Below are positions 47,270 through 57,112 of a stretch of 64,000 nucleotides of DNA, in pieces. The stretch spans positions 121,791 through 185,790 of the forward strand of contig MFMS01000002.1 in assembly GCA_001783525.1 (NCBI GenBank), read 5' to 3'. A program made the position numbers and the translations under genes. The stretch is from Candidatus Kaiserbacteria bacterium RIFOXYB1_FULL_46_14 (lineage in GTDB: Bacteria > Patescibacteriota > Minisyncoccia > Phycocordibacterales > UBA918). Under the pieces are notes generated by a model. The model saw nothing but the letters and a program-made list of their open reading frames with translations, searched no databases and was not told the origin of the DNA. Positions within the stretch are counted from its first letter, which is position 1. Every line of letters starts with the position of its first letter.

Positions 47270-48253
47270 TTATTTGAGGTACTTTGCAATATTTGCCCTA
47301 TGTTCGTCAAATGTCTTGGCGTAGTGAAAATTTCCCTCCTCGTCGGTTATATAATACAGATATTCAGTATCTTCCGGTTCGAGCACAGCATCAATTGAAT
47401 TAAGGCCTGGATTACCAATCGGTGTCGGTGTTAGTCCGGCATACTTATACGTATTGTACGGAGTGTCTCGTTCTAAATCTTCAGCTCTAAGATCGCTGAG
47501 GGGACGACCTAAAGCATATTCAATTGATGCATCTGTCTGGAGGCGCATCCCTAGCTGTAAGCGTTTTTGTAAGATGCCAGAAACGATTCGCATTGATTCC
47601 TCTGTGTTGGCTTCACGTTCAAGTAGTGAAGCTAGCACTATAACGCCGTCTTCCTTAAGCGGATGTGAGGCCATGGGCTCTTTTCTTGAAGCCACTTTCT
47701 GCTCATAAGTAGTTTTGAGCAATGTTAGCAATTCTGCAGCGGTAAAATCCTCCGGAATGTAGTAAGTGTCAGGAAAAAGATAGCCCTCCATACCTGCCGC
47801 TGAATTCAAAAATTCCGTGCCGTCAAATTGTGACAGGCCTTCTGCGGCCAACAAAGCAAACTCTTTTGTTGTGTAGCCCTCAGGCAAGGTCAGTCGTACC
47901 AGGGTGTCTCCATCGGCGTCTCTGGTGATTCGGTCGATTACAGAGAAGGCAGTTAACGGCGTGTCGAAATAATAGCTACCGGCCTTAACGTTATTTGGAT
48001 CATGCCAAGTTATCAAAATAATGTGTGCTAACAATGAAGACCGTACTGCCTTTGCCTCCTCGAGCTTCTCTACAATAGCCGCCGCTGAAAGTCCACGCGT
48101 AATTGTGATGGTTGTATTAATTGGAAAGTCCGCCGGTGGTCTGGTCTGCCACCAAAATAGCACCAGCAACAAAGAAGCTGTCGCAATAATAAACCCGATG
48201 ACCCACAACCACAAAAAGCGTGACGTCCGACCGACTATATCCATATCTATCAT
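47270..48253 (-). CDS. mltG: Endolytic murein transglycosylase MltG (YceG family)
   Basis: N-terminal TM, YceG-like domain (...YYITDEEGNFHYAKTFDEHRANIAKY). Confidence 0.85.
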   Translation of the reverse strand: MIDMDIVGRTSRFLWLWVIGFIIATASLLLVLFWWQTRPPADFPINTTITITRGLSAAAIVEKLEEAKAVRSSLLAHIILITWHDPNNVKAGSYYFDTPLTAFSVIDRITRDADGDTLVRLTLPEGYTTKEFALLAAEGLSQFDGTEFLNSAAGMEGYLFPDTYYIPEDFTAAELLTLLKTTYEQKVASRKEPMASHPLKEDGVIVLASLLEREANTEESMRIVSGILQKRLQLGMRLQTDASIEYALGRPLSDLRAEDLERDTPYNTYKYAGLTPTPIGNPGLNSIDAVLEPEDTEYLYYITDEEGNFHYAKTFDEHRANIAKYLK

Positions 48254-49644
48254 TGCTTGAATTCGCCAATCGGCAAGTTTGATGGGGCTTCACCACGTTT
48301 CGATGGTACACGATCGATAGTAGGTGTAAGTGCCACTGATCCTGGCAAGTGGAAAATGGTTGCTAACTCCTCTGCAGTAAAGACCTTGTAATCGTCCCCT
48401 CCGCTTTTAGGTGCATATACACGACGTCTGTATTCTTTTAACTCCTGCTTCTTCAGTGCCATAAGCTCCTTTTTCTTTTTACCAGGGAAGAAATCTTTGT
48501 AGTCGAAGTCGGTACGCCAACGAACACCGATGCCGTTTAATCCCCAGTCGAACTGGCTAAACATACGAATTACCGGGTTGATTAAGTCACCGTTAAAGCC
48601 GCCCTTTTGGTTGACGTAAATCCAGCGAATCACAGTATTGTAGGCATACTTGCTGGAGTGGCGTTCTAGTGTCGCGATCGCATCGCGCTCTCCTGCAGTC
48701 AACATCGCCATTTGTCCGCCCTCGTCAGTACCTTTGAAACCAAGCGGAGTTTTTGTCTTTGCATCTCGATTCATCATTTCGTTGATGGCTTTTTTAGATC
48801 CATCATTCCAGTTTGGTCCTTCGCCGATTTGTAGTTGTCCGTTTTGAAAACTAGATCGGCGGAATGAGATTGCTAGTATCTGTACAAACAGCCGCTCGTG
48901 CGGCTTAATACTACCCATTACCTCGAGCATTGGCGTCATTGGGTCAACTTTTTCTTCTTCTTTGGGCATCTTATCGAGACCGTAGTCGATGTAAGATTTG
49001 ATTGGGAAATGTCCATCTCTCTTCTTACCCATATGAACTGCAAAAAGTTCATAACCGAGCTTTTCGTAATTGAGTGGTATTTCGGCGGCGTAGTCGATTG
49101 GTTCTTCGATTATCTCAACGTTTGGATACTGTGCATACATATTGGCCTCAAAGGCGTCCTTGGTCTTTTTAGTCGGAACGTTCACATAGAAACGCACTTC
49201 GCCACCGATTGACGCCAACTCAAAAGAAAACGGCAGCGGTCGTTTGCCTTGGATGTAGGTTTGCATAAAATTGTCTGGATTGGCAGTGTTGTGGATTTGA
49301 GAAATGACAAACTCCATAGCTTCAGGAGATTTCATTACTTCTTGAGGTAGGCGAATACGTAGCGTAGTGCGGCCTTGTCCAAGGCTAAAAATCGGCCCAA
49401 TGGTATCCATCCACTTATAGAAAAAAAGTAGAAAGAGAACCACCGGAAGCCACAATGGAATAAGGGCAATAAAAACAGTCAGTACGTTGCCGGTTGATAT
49501 ACCAAAAACAACGAAGCCGACTATTATGAGAAGAAAAGCGATACCAGCGATCAGCGGACCATAATCAAGATCCTGATCGTTTATCCACTTAAAGGTAGCC
49601 CCAGCGAGGGGAACATGTTCTTCGTAGAATTCCTTGCCAAACAC
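48250..49644 (-). CDS. Hypothetical membrane protein (2 TM + ~370-aa domain), ATGA-overlapped with mltG
   Basis: Two N-terminal TM helices; no recognised domain; 4-nt overlap implies translational coupling with mltG. Confidence 0.5.
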   Translation of the reverse strand: MFGKEFYEEHVPLAGATFKWINDQDLDYGPLIAGIAFLLIIVGFVVFGISTGNVLTVFIALIPLWLPVVLFLLFFYKWMDTIGPIFSLGQGRTTLRIRLPQEVMKSPEAMEFVISQIHNTANPDNFMQTYIQGKRPLPFSFELASIGGEVRFYVNVPTKKTKDAFEANMYAQYPNVEIIEEPIDYAAEIPLNYEKLGYELFAVHMGKKRDGHFPIKSYIDYGLDKMPKEEEKVDPMTPMLEVMGSIKPHERLFVQILAISFRRSSFQNGQLQIGEGPNWNDGSKKAINEMMNRDAKTKTPLGFKGTDEGGQMAMLTAGERDAIATLERHSSKYAYNTVIRWIYVNQKGGFNGDLINPVIRMFSQFDWGLNGIGVRWRTDFDYKDFFPGKKKKELMALKKQELKEYRRRVYAPKSGGDDYKVFTAEELATIFHLPGSVALTPTIDRVPSKRGEAPSNLPIGEFKQ

Positions 49645-49691
49645 GAGATCAGTATAAAGTTAAAAGATCAAAGTTGAAAGGTGAGAAAGTG

Positions 49692-49726
49692 AAAAGCGGA
49701 CGGCGCCTTTGGCGCCGTCCGCTTTT
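49692..49726. terminator. Bidirectional intrinsic terminator
   Basis: AAAAGCGGACGGCGCC-TTTG-GCGCCGTCCGCTTTT. Confidence 0.8.
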
Positions 49727-49749
49727 CTACCACTGTTTCTATAATAAAT

Positions 49750-50778
49750 TTAGTCGGTTACAAGAGCGTATGCTCCATTACCAAGACGTTTGAACATATT
49801 GGTGTCCTGAAGGTTTACCACGATAGTGTTGTCCTTCACGTAGCGCTCCTTGCGAACCTTGTCGATGATTTCATCGCGAGTAAGAGGACCATGCTTCTCC
49901 AAAATATCTCGCAAGACGTCCTTCACCACTCCGGCTGAGTAACCCCACTCGGAGAGAGCATAAAGACCACGGCCAACCAATACAAACCGGCGGTCTTTGA
50001 TCAGCTCATTGTGTGTAGTAGCAACGTGAGCTTTGCGTTCAAAAAGCTGTTCAATCATATTGGCCACCTCGCGGAAGTGCATCGGAGAACCGTGACGTTT
50101 CACTACCAAGTAAGCATAATCACGAATACCCTTCACTTTTACGTTCGGACTAGTGGTGTGTCCCCATTCACCAAGCGGGTTGCGAGAAATATCCTTAGAC
50201 ACCATCAACCAACGCTTCAAAACATCCTCATTGTATTTGTCAGCAAGACCAATCAACTGCTCCTTGAAGCGAGCCAGTATTTCTTCTTCAGACACGAGTT
50301 GATCGCGTTCTAGAGATTGATGCACGTTGCGGAGAGCCTTTTCTACGGTATCTGCCTTTTCACGTTCAGTGAACCAACGGTGCATGTAAGAGGTGTTTTC
50401 TTTGGCACGGTAAAACGGATCACCAACTACAAGTAGGAAATAGATGTGATTACGAGTTGCTTGATCAGATGAAAGTGCCTCAAGCAAATGGTCTTCGGCA
50501 ATGAAACCACCACCCAACTCCTCAATCAGACGATGTAGTTCATCAAAGACACTTTTGTATTCGTCGTAGATCGGAGACTTCTGGATAGATGCGATGCCGT
50601 AGGCCTCGATCTGACGCACACGTTCACGGGTGATTCCATAGGCCTGACCAATCGACTCAAGGGTGAAAGATTCGGTTTCGGTGCCGAGACCATAGCGCTT
50701 AGTGAGGACGTCACGGGCGCGCTCTGGCAAGGCAGACAAGAGCTTTTTGGTTATCTGCTTTGGTTTAAAGGTAATCAT
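49750..50778 (-). CDS. Protein with N-terminal sigma-70 region-4-like HTH and a ~270-aa uncharacterised C-terminal domain
   Basis: LSALPERARDVLTKRYGL...TLESIGQAYGITRERVRQIEAYGIASI matches the region 4.2 signature; no regions 2 or 3. TTGACG-17-TAATAT promoter upstream. Confidence 0.5.
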   Translation of the reverse strand: MITFKPKQITKKLLSALPERARDVLTKRYGLGTETESFTLESIGQAYGITRERVRQIEAYGIASIQKSPIYDEYKSVFDELHRLIEELGGGFIAEDHLLEALSSDQATRNHIYFLLVVGDPFYRAKENTSYMHRWFTEREKADTVEKALRNVHQSLERDQLVSEEEILARFKEQLIGLADKYNEDVLKRWLMVSKDISRNPLGEWGHTTSPNVKVKGIRDYAYLVVKRHGSPMHFREVANMIEQLFERKAHVATTHNELIKDRRFVLVGRGLYALSEWGYSAGVVKDVLRDILEKHGPLTRDEIIDKVRKERYVKDNTIVVNLQDTNMFKRLGNGAYALVTD

Positions 50779-50862
50779 GTTTGGATGATAAATTTCGGTG
50801 TTTTTGCCACAAACTTAATTCGATATTTAATATATTACCACCTTCTTTGACATACGTCAACT

Positions 50863-53214
50863 TCATTGTCCAATCATCAAATTGAGGATTCGACCCTGTA
50901 CGTAGATGACTTTCTTTATCTCCCCTTCCGCAAAATACTTGGCCAACGACGGCTCCGCTTTTGCCATCGTCACAGCCTCCGCCTCATCTGCATCAGGCGC
51001 GATTGTGATGGAACCACGAGACTTACCATTGATTTGCACACCAATGGTAACGGTCTCGTCGATTGCTAGACTTTCATCTGCCTCTGGATAGGTCTCTAGA
51101 TGAACAGAGGTAGTTTGACCACACCCTGCCCACAACTCCTCGGTCAAGTGCGGCGCAAACGGCGCCAGCAACTTAATGAAAGCTTCGTAACTTTCTTGTG
51201 ACAACGCGCCTTTTTCTGCCGCATTTACGAAGATCATCATCGCGCTAACGGCGGTGTTGAATTTGAATTCTTCTATATCAGATCGGACTTTCTTGATTGT
51301 CTTATGAAGCAAGCGGGTGATCTCAGCCGGCTCGCCGTCTTTGACGTGCTCACTAAGGCCATTTACTCGCTCAATAAACCTTTGCGCACCGACTAGCCCA
51401 TTGGTGCTCCAAGCTACCGTGTTCTCAAACGGCCCCATGAACATTTCATAAACACGAAGTGTGTCAGCACCGTTTTGCTTCACAATGTCGTCTGGGTTAA
51501 TGATGTTGCCCCAACGCTTAGACATTTTTCGACCATCTTCAGCCAAGATAAAGCCCAAGAATTCCAACCGCATAAATGGTTCTATCGTGTGCACAACGTC
51601 TATGTCATACAAAAACTTGTGCCAAAATCGTGCATAAATAAGATGACGCACAGCGTGATCACCGCCAACATACACATCTACCGGCGCCCACTTTTTCTCC
51701 TTTGCGGGATCAATTAGAGCTTGGTCGTTCTTAGGATCAATGAAACGCAAGTAATACCAAGATGAGCCCGCCCATTGCGGCATTGTGTTTGTCTCGCGCT
51801 TTCCCTTTCCTCCACACTTAGGACAATCTACATTGACCCAGTCTTCTATGGCAGCCAATGGTGACTCACCGGTACCAGTCGGTTCATAGTGTTCTACCTC
51901 CGGCAACATTACTGGAAGTTGCTCGTACGGTATTGGAACAACACCACAAGATTCACAGTGAATAACCGGGATCGGTTCACCCCAATAGCGCTGGCGTGAA
52001 AATACCCAGTCATTGAGACGGTATGTCGAAGTCATTCGACCACCTACCTTTGCAACTATGGCTTTCTTCGCATCTTCGGAATTTAGTCCATCAAACTCTC
52101 CCGAATTGACCAAGACTCCATCATTTACTACGACTGTTTCTGGTAATTGAAACTTCTGAGCAAATTCATGATCACGCTCGTCGTGCGCTGGGACGGCCAT
52201 GATCGCGCCAGTACCATAGTGAGACAAAACATAATCAGAGATAAAGACAGGAATCTCTGTATTGGTTGCAGGGTTTATTGCCTTAATACCTTGGAGTTCA
52301 ACACCGGTTTTCTCCTTTTCGGCGTTGGTGCGGTCAATCTCAGTTTTCTGCGCCGCTTGCTGTACATAAGCGTACACTGCTGACCGGTTTTCTACTTTCA
52401 ACTTAGACACCAGCTCGTGTTCTGGAGCTAGCACCAAATAAGTAGCGCCAAAGAGCGTGTCTGGCCTAGTGGTGAACACCGTCACCGTGTCGCCACTTCC
52501 GAGTTTAAAGTCTATCTCCGCACCTTCAGATCGTCCGATCCAGTTGCGTTGTGCTTCTTTGATGTGCTCTGGCCATTCGGTTAGAGTTTCTAGGTCTTCC
52601 AACATTCGATCAGCGTAATCGGTGATCTTGAGTACCCATTGACGCATTGGTCGCTTCTCAACAACTGAACCACAGCGTTCACAAGTGCCGTCGCTTTCTA
52701 GGTCTTCATTGGCTAGACCGGTCTGACATGAAGGACACCAGTTGATCGGCTCGTGTGACTCGTAAGCCAAACCTTTTTCCAAAAGCTTCAAAAAAATCCA
52801 CTGCGTCCACTTGTAGTATTCAGGGTCAGTAGTGTTTATCTCACGACTCCAATCATAGTTGAATCCAAGGTGTGCCAACTGAGCTTTGAAATTGGCAATA
52901 TTTTTCTCAACCGCAACTCGTGGATGGACTTTATTTTTTATCGCAAAGTTTTCGGCTGGTAGGCCAAAGGCATCCCAACCCATCGGATGCAACACTTCAT
53001 AGCCATCCATATGCTTGAAGCGTGAATAGATATCGGTAGCGATGTAACCCTTCGGGTGTCCGACATGTAGCCCTTCGCCAGAGGGGTATGGGAACATGTC
53101 GAGCACATAGACCTTCTTTTTGCTTGATTCTCCGTCTGTCTTATAGAGGTCGCTTGTGCGCCATTTTTCTTGCCATTTCTTCTCTATAGCGTCATGGTCA
53201 AACTTTTTGTGCAT
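50863..53214 (-). CDS. leuS: Leucine--tRNA ligase (783 aa)
   Basis: PYPSGEGLHVGH (HIGH), KMSKR, CP1 editing domain. Confidence 0.95.
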   Translation of the reverse strand: MHKKFDHDAIEKKWQEKWRTSDLYKTDGESSKKKVYVLDMFPYPSGEGLHVGHPKGYIATDIYSRFKHMDGYEVLHPMGWDAFGLPAENFAIKNKVHPRVAVEKNIANFKAQLAHLGFNYDWSREINTTDPEYYKWTQWIFLKLLEKGLAYESHEPINWCPSCQTGLANEDLESDGTCERCGSVVEKRPMRQWVLKITDYADRMLEDLETLTEWPEHIKEAQRNWIGRSEGAEIDFKLGSGDTVTVFTTRPDTLFGATYLVLAPEHELVSKLKVENRSAVYAYVQQAAQKTEIDRTNAEKEKTGVELQGIKAINPATNTEIPVFISDYVLSHYGTGAIMAVPAHDERDHEFAQKFQLPETVVVNDGVLVNSGEFDGLNSEDAKKAIVAKVGGRMTSTYRLNDWVFSRQRYWGEPIPVIHCESCGVVPIPYEQLPVMLPEVEHYEPTGTGESPLAAIEDWVNVDCPKCGGKGKRETNTMPQWAGSSWYYLRFIDPKNDQALIDPAKEKKWAPVDVYVGGDHAVRHLIYARFWHKFLYDIDVVHTIEPFMRLEFLGFILAEDGRKMSKRWGNIINPDDIVKQNGADTLRVYEMFMGPFENTVAWSTNGLVGAQRFIERVNGLSEHVKDGEPAEITRLLHKTIKKVRSDIEEFKFNTAVSAMMIFVNAAEKGALSQESYEAFIKLLAPFAPHLTEELWAGCGQTTSVHLETYPEADESLAIDETVTIGVQINGKSRGSITIAPDADEAEAVTMAKAEPSLAKYFAEGEIKKVIYVQGRILNLMIGQ

Positions 53215-53303
53215 AATTTCAGAACGTAAATAAACGCAAAATGACCTCCATTAATAGAGGCCATTATGCCGTGCATTTCGCGATATGTCTAATCGAAGGA
53301 CAC

Positions 53304-54200
53304 TTACTCTCCTGTCGTGATCACGCGACGTGTGAAGCAGTGTTCACCTGCCAAGTGATCCCAGTTTTGGTTTTGGAGATAAGCATTTTCTGCCACTGAA
53401 ACTGGCTTTGGAGTCTGACGCTCACTCTCCGGTGTTTCGTTGGCAAACGTTGCGCAAAGAAGGAAGGAGTCAGGGCCGGTAATGCTGTAACCGTAAGCAT
53501 CACGACCAGTTGGAGCGACCGGCACAGGCAAACCTTCATAGAGAGTTTCTAGATCAGCCGGGAAGGACGCATTTGATTGATAAAAGGCTTCAACGCGCCA
53601 TTCTATCTCCTGCAAATCACTAATCTGCTGTTGATCTAGCTTGATCTCACGTGCCTCAGATGGCGAGCTGATCTTTGAAATACCAAAGCCAGCTGCCAAC
53701 AATACAACTGCCAAGGCAGCGATACCGATCATTACCGATGTCTGCTCGCGCTTTTGCCAGTACTGCTTGGCATCTAGCGCGTAGTAGTACGAAGCCGCAC
53801 CAATAACTGCGAGTAGAGCTAGTGCTTTCAATACGAATCGAGTGGTAATTTCTCCACCAAGGAAGGTGTAAACAACCACTGCAAGATCGGTCAACATCAC
53901 AACTCCTCCCACCAAGAGTGCGATATAGACGAGCCAACGAGTGAGTGTGTGATACAACTGACCTTCATTACGACGCGCTCTATTAACTAGTCTGGTTAGA
54001 ATTAAGTAAGCTGGAAAGAAAATGGCCACGACTGCGATCGAGTAACGAATACTGTCCTCGGTGCCGGTAACTTGCCAATAGGCGTCTGCTGCGTCAGGAA
54101 ATTGCAAGTTAATAATGCCAAACACCAACGTGATAAAGGCCGGTAGGGAGACGAAAAGCGTCACCAGTGAGGCCAACTGTAGTACGAAACTTTTTGCCAT
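53304..54200 (-). CDS. Hypothetical multi-pass membrane protein with extracytoplasmic C-terminal domain
   Basis: About 6 TM helices followed by a Cys-containing soluble tail; TATAAT box upstream. Confidence 0.5.
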   Translation of the reverse strand: MAKSFVLQLASLVTLFVSLPAFITLVFGIINLQFPDAADAYWQVTGTEDSIRYSIAVVAIFFPAYLILTRLVNRARRNEGQLYHTLTRWLVYIALLVGGVVMLTDLAVVVYTFLGGEITTRFVLKALALLAVIGAASYYYALDAKQYWQKREQTSVMIGIAALAVVLLAAGFGISKISSPSEAREIKLDQQQISDLQEIEWRVEAFYQSNASFPADLETLYEGLPVPVAPTGRDAYGYSITGPDSFLLCATFANETPESERQTPKPVSVAENAYLQNQNWDHLAGEHCFTRRVITTGE

Positions 54201-54251
54201 GAGGTTAACTTAATGAATTTGCTATTAATATCTGGCTTAAATTATAACACC

Positions 54252-54280
54252 AAACGCGCTGTGTTTGACACAGCGCGTTT
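54252..54280 (-). terminator. Strong hairpin (12-bp stem) between small ORF and membrane-protein promoter
   Basis: AAACGCGCTGTG-TTTGA-CACAGCGCGTTT; a TTATAAT box immediately follows on the minus strand. Confidence 0.6.
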
Positions 54281-54304
54281 TGTTACGCAACAAATAACTT
54301 TAAG

Positions 54305-54412
54305 TCAGTTAAGAAAAAACGTTGGGTCGATGTTCTGTGACTTCTGAATCAATGTCATGATTCCCGTAAACAACACCGTTGCCCCCACGACCAATTCAAT
54401 CACTTTATCCAC
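54305..54412 (-). CDS. Putative 35-aa single-TM micro-protein (GTG start) downstream of ychF
   Basis: AAAGGGGGTGA Shine-Dalgarno 6 nt before the GTG; encodes MDKVIELVVGATVLFTGIMTLIQKSQNIDPTFFLN. Confidence 0.3.
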   Translation of the reverse strand: MDKVIELVVGATVLFTGIMTLIQKSQNIDPTFFLN

Positions 54413-54438
54413 CTTAATCACCCCCTTTCTTGTGGGTT

Positions 54439-55536
54439 TTACACCAAAAATTCTATAACGTCCCCGTCTTGCACAATATACTCCTTGCCTTCAGTGCGCA
54501 ACTTACCGGCCTCACGAGCCTTGGCGAGAGAACCAGCGGCTACTAGATCAGCAAATGACACCACCTGGGCGCGGATATACTTCTCTCGAAAGTCGGTATG
54601 AATAGCGGCACCCGCTTCAGGGCCAGTAGAACCCCGCTCCACCGTCCAAGCGCGAGTTTCTTTTTCGCCGGTTGTGAAGTAGGACATCAGTCCGAGACGA
54701 TGGTAACAAGCGCGAATCAATGACTCGATACCGCTGTCTTGTGCGCCGTACTCACGACGAAACTCAATCTTCTCTTCTTCACTAAGGTCTTGGAGCTCAT
54801 GCTCCATACCCGCATCGACGACTACGTACTCCGAACCAGTACTTTCAAAAAACTCCAAGAGTCTCTGCCAACGATCATCGTTTTGTTCATCAAGGTTGTA
54901 GGATCCTTGCTTGCGATTGCAGACGTACAAGAATTGCTTAATGGTCAAAAGGTGCAGATTTTTTACCGCTTTCTTTTGTTCATCAGATAATTCTAATGAA
55001 TTGGCCAACTTGCCGTCTTGTAAATGAGCCAGCAATAACTCCAGGGCTTCTTTTTCACTAACTGATTCTTTGTCTCCGCGCTTAGCATCACGCTCAATAT
55101 TGGAAAGTCGCTTCGATACTGTCTCGGTGTCAGCCATGATGAGCTCGAGGTTAATGACCTCGATATCAGAGAATGGGTCAACCATACCAGCGACGTGATG
55201 AACCTCACTATCTTCAAAAATACGCACCACCTCAGCAATCATCGAGACTTCGCGAATGTTGGTCAGAAATTTATTGCCTAAGCCTTCGCCCGACGCGGCG
55301 CCTTTGACCAGACCGGCGATATCGACGAATTCCACAATCGCTGGGATCACTTTGGCGGTATTTGATATTTTGGCCAAGGTATCAAGGCGAGGATCTGGCA
55401 CAGCCACCACACCTACCGACGGGTCAATGGTACAAAATGGATAGTTCTCAGCCGGGACAGCACTTCTTGTGAGTGCATTAAAGAGCGTCGATTTTCCGAC
55501 GTTAGGGAGACCAACAATACCCACAGACAATTGCAT
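54439..55536 (-). CDS. ychF: Ribosome-binding ATPase YchF (Obg-family GTPase fold, TGS domain)
   Basis: [23 protein letters not shown] ... C-terminal TGS (...[13 protein letters not shown]). Confidence 0.9.
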   Translation of the reverse strand: MQLSVGIVGLPNVGKSTLFNALTRSAVPAENYPFCTIDPSVGVVAVPDPRLDTLAKISNTAKVIPAIVEFVDIAGLVKGAASGEGLGNKFLTNIREVSMIAEVVRIFEDSEVHHVAGMVDPFSDIEVINLELIMADTETVSKRLSNIERDAKRGDKESVSEKEALELLLAHLQDGKLANSLELSDEQKKAVKNLHLLTIKQFLYVCNRKQGSYNLDEQNDDRWQRLLEFFESTGSEYVVVDAGMEHELQDLSEEEKIEFRREYGAQDSGIESLIRACYHRLGLMSYFTTGEKETRAWTVERGSTGPEAGAAIHTDFREKYIRAQVVSFADLVAAGSLAKAREAGKLRTEGKEYIVQDGDVIEFLV

Positions 55537-55617
55537 ACCGCGCTAGATTAACAGATTTGAGCAAATAAAACAGCCATCACCGCAAAAGGTTAGACACTAC
55601 CGATGGAGGATTGGGCA

Positions 55618-56196
55618 TTAGACGCCGCGTTTGGCCAAGCTTTCGACGTCCTCCAACCACTCTTCGCGACAGACATTATCGACAGTATCACACGGACCAA
55701 AGGCACTGACTTTTGTTTTGATACCGGCGAATTCAAGAATGCCGTACTGAATCTCATTGGTGTAGTCACCAAATTTCCACCAAGTCTGAAACGGGCTGTG
55801 CGTACCAGCAACGATAATAACCCGAGCGGTCTTGTTCGTCAGACGCTTAACTAATTTCTTAGTTTGCTTGTCAAAGTTAAAGGCAAAGCCCGGAAGCCAA
55901 AAACGATCAAAGAGACCTTTTAAGATTGCTGGCATCGTGCACCACCAATTTGGATAGACTATGACCAAGTGATCCGAAGCGCGGATCTTTTCTTGCAAAT
56001 CAACAAGATCGGGCTCTAGCTGCTGAATTTCTTTGTAGCCTTTGTGAAGTATTGGATCAAAGCGCATCTCTCCGATATTAACCCTCGTGACATTGTGCCC
56101 AGCGGCTTTAGCGGAGCGCTCATAACGATCAGCGATCTGTCCTGAATAAGTGTCTTTATCGGGGTGTCCGAGCAAAACTAGAATTTTCTTTGACAT
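55618..56196 (-). CDS. Flavodoxin-like fold NAD(P)H-dependent FMN reductase/quinone reductase family protein
   Basis: MSKKILVLLGHP...; Flavodoxin_2 / NQO1-MdaB-like pattern. Confidence 0.6.
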   Translation of the reverse strand: MSKKILVLLGHPDKDTYSGQIADRYERSAKAAGHNVTRVNIGEMRFDPILHKGYKEIQQLEPDLVDLQEKIRASDHLVIVYPNWWCTMPAILKGLFDRFWLPGFAFNFDKQTKKLVKRLTNKTARVIIVAGTHSPFQTWWKFGDYTNEIQYGILEFAGIKTKVSAFGPCDTVDNVCREEWLEDVESLAKRGV

Positions 56197-56224
56197 AGTG
56201 TCTTAAATATACCAAGCCCGCGGT

Positions 56225-56253
56225 GCCGAAGGCACCGCGGGCTGTTGATACGT
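56225..56253 (-). terminator. Intrinsic terminator
   Basis: AGCCCGCGGTGCC-GAAG-GCACCGCGGGCT. Confidence 0.75.
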
Positions 56254-56265
56254 CTATATCTATCC

Positions 56266-56628
56266 TTATCGTCTTATCGAGCCGTTGGGATTAAAGCGTC
56301 CAGCAGAACCGCTCTGCATTTGAATTAGTTTCTCACGCATTTCTGGTGACATTGCTTCCATGATCTCCTTTTGGTACTTCGGCAATACTTTCATCGCCGC
56401 CGCCATCTGATTGTTGCCGTTTTTCTTAAGCTCGTCCTGCATTTCTTTAGCAATCTGCTCAAACACAGCCGGATTCTTCTCCATCAAGGCCGTAATCATT
56501 TCTCTTTGTTCTGGTGGCGCATTCTTAAGCTGTCGTTCCAAAAGCTTTCGCATAGCGAAATTCTTCAAATTTCCAAACATATGTAGCAAATTATAATCCA
56601 CCATCGAAGAATTGACCACTTTATGCAA
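56266..56628 (-). CDS. Hypothetical helical Met/Lys/Glu-rich protein (about 100-120 aa)
   Basis: Divergent from marR; no recognised family. Confidence 0.4.
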   Translation of the reverse strand: MHKVVNSSMVDYNLLHMFGNLKNFAMRKLLERQLKNAPPEQREMITALMEKNPAVFEQIAKEMQDELKKNGNNQMAAAMKVLPKYQKEIMEAMSPEMREKLIQMQSGSAGRFNPNGSIRR

Positions 56629-56631
56629 ATT

Positions 56632-56657
56632 TGTTAAGTTACTTAACTAAGTTACTT
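56632..56657. promoter_or_regulatory. Two adjacent palindromic half-site pairs (TTAAGTTACTTAA and TAAGTTACTTA): candidate MarR operator
   Basis: Located in the marR promoter region between divergent genes; overlaps the putative -35/-10 of marR. Confidence 0.45.
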
Positions 56658-56666
56658 ATTGATATT

Positions 56667-57092
56667 ATGGATCGCACAAAATGCATAGCGGAAATCGTCG
56701 AATCTCTCCGCCAAGGGAAACGCGCCACCTGTACCAAAATGGCCAAAGTGCCCGGTATCGCTGTCACTCCAGCACAATGGGCCTTACTCAACCTCTTATA
56801 TGGTAGCAAAGGAATAAGCGTCAAGGAGTTGAGTACCACAATGCACGTAACCGGTAGCGCCATCACACAGTTGGCAAACGAGCTTGAGGAGAAGGGATAC
56901 CTACGACGCGAGAGCGACCAAAAAGACAAGCGCTCAATCAGATTAAACTTAACAGCAAAAAGCAGTCGAATGATGTTGAGCATCCAAAAATCCTTTGCCG
57001 AAGAGTGCGCCACGATGTTTTCCAAATTATCTGACGCGGAGCTAAAAACACTGAGTGAGCTACACAAGAAAATAGCCGGGATTCAAATTTAA
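56667..57092 (+). CDS. MarR-family transcriptional regulator
   Basis: Winged-helix LSTTMHVTGSAITQLANELEEKGYLRRESDQKDKRSIRLNLT. Confidence 0.85.
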   Translation: MDRTKCIAEIVESLRQGKRATCTKMAKVPGIAVTPAQWALLNLLYGSKGISVKELSTTMHVTGSAITQLANELEEKGYLRRESDQKDKRSIRLNLTAKSSRMMLSIQKSFAEECATMFSKLSDAELKTLSELHKKIAGIQI

Positions 57093-57112
57093 TTTTAAAA
57101 TAAGCAAAATTT

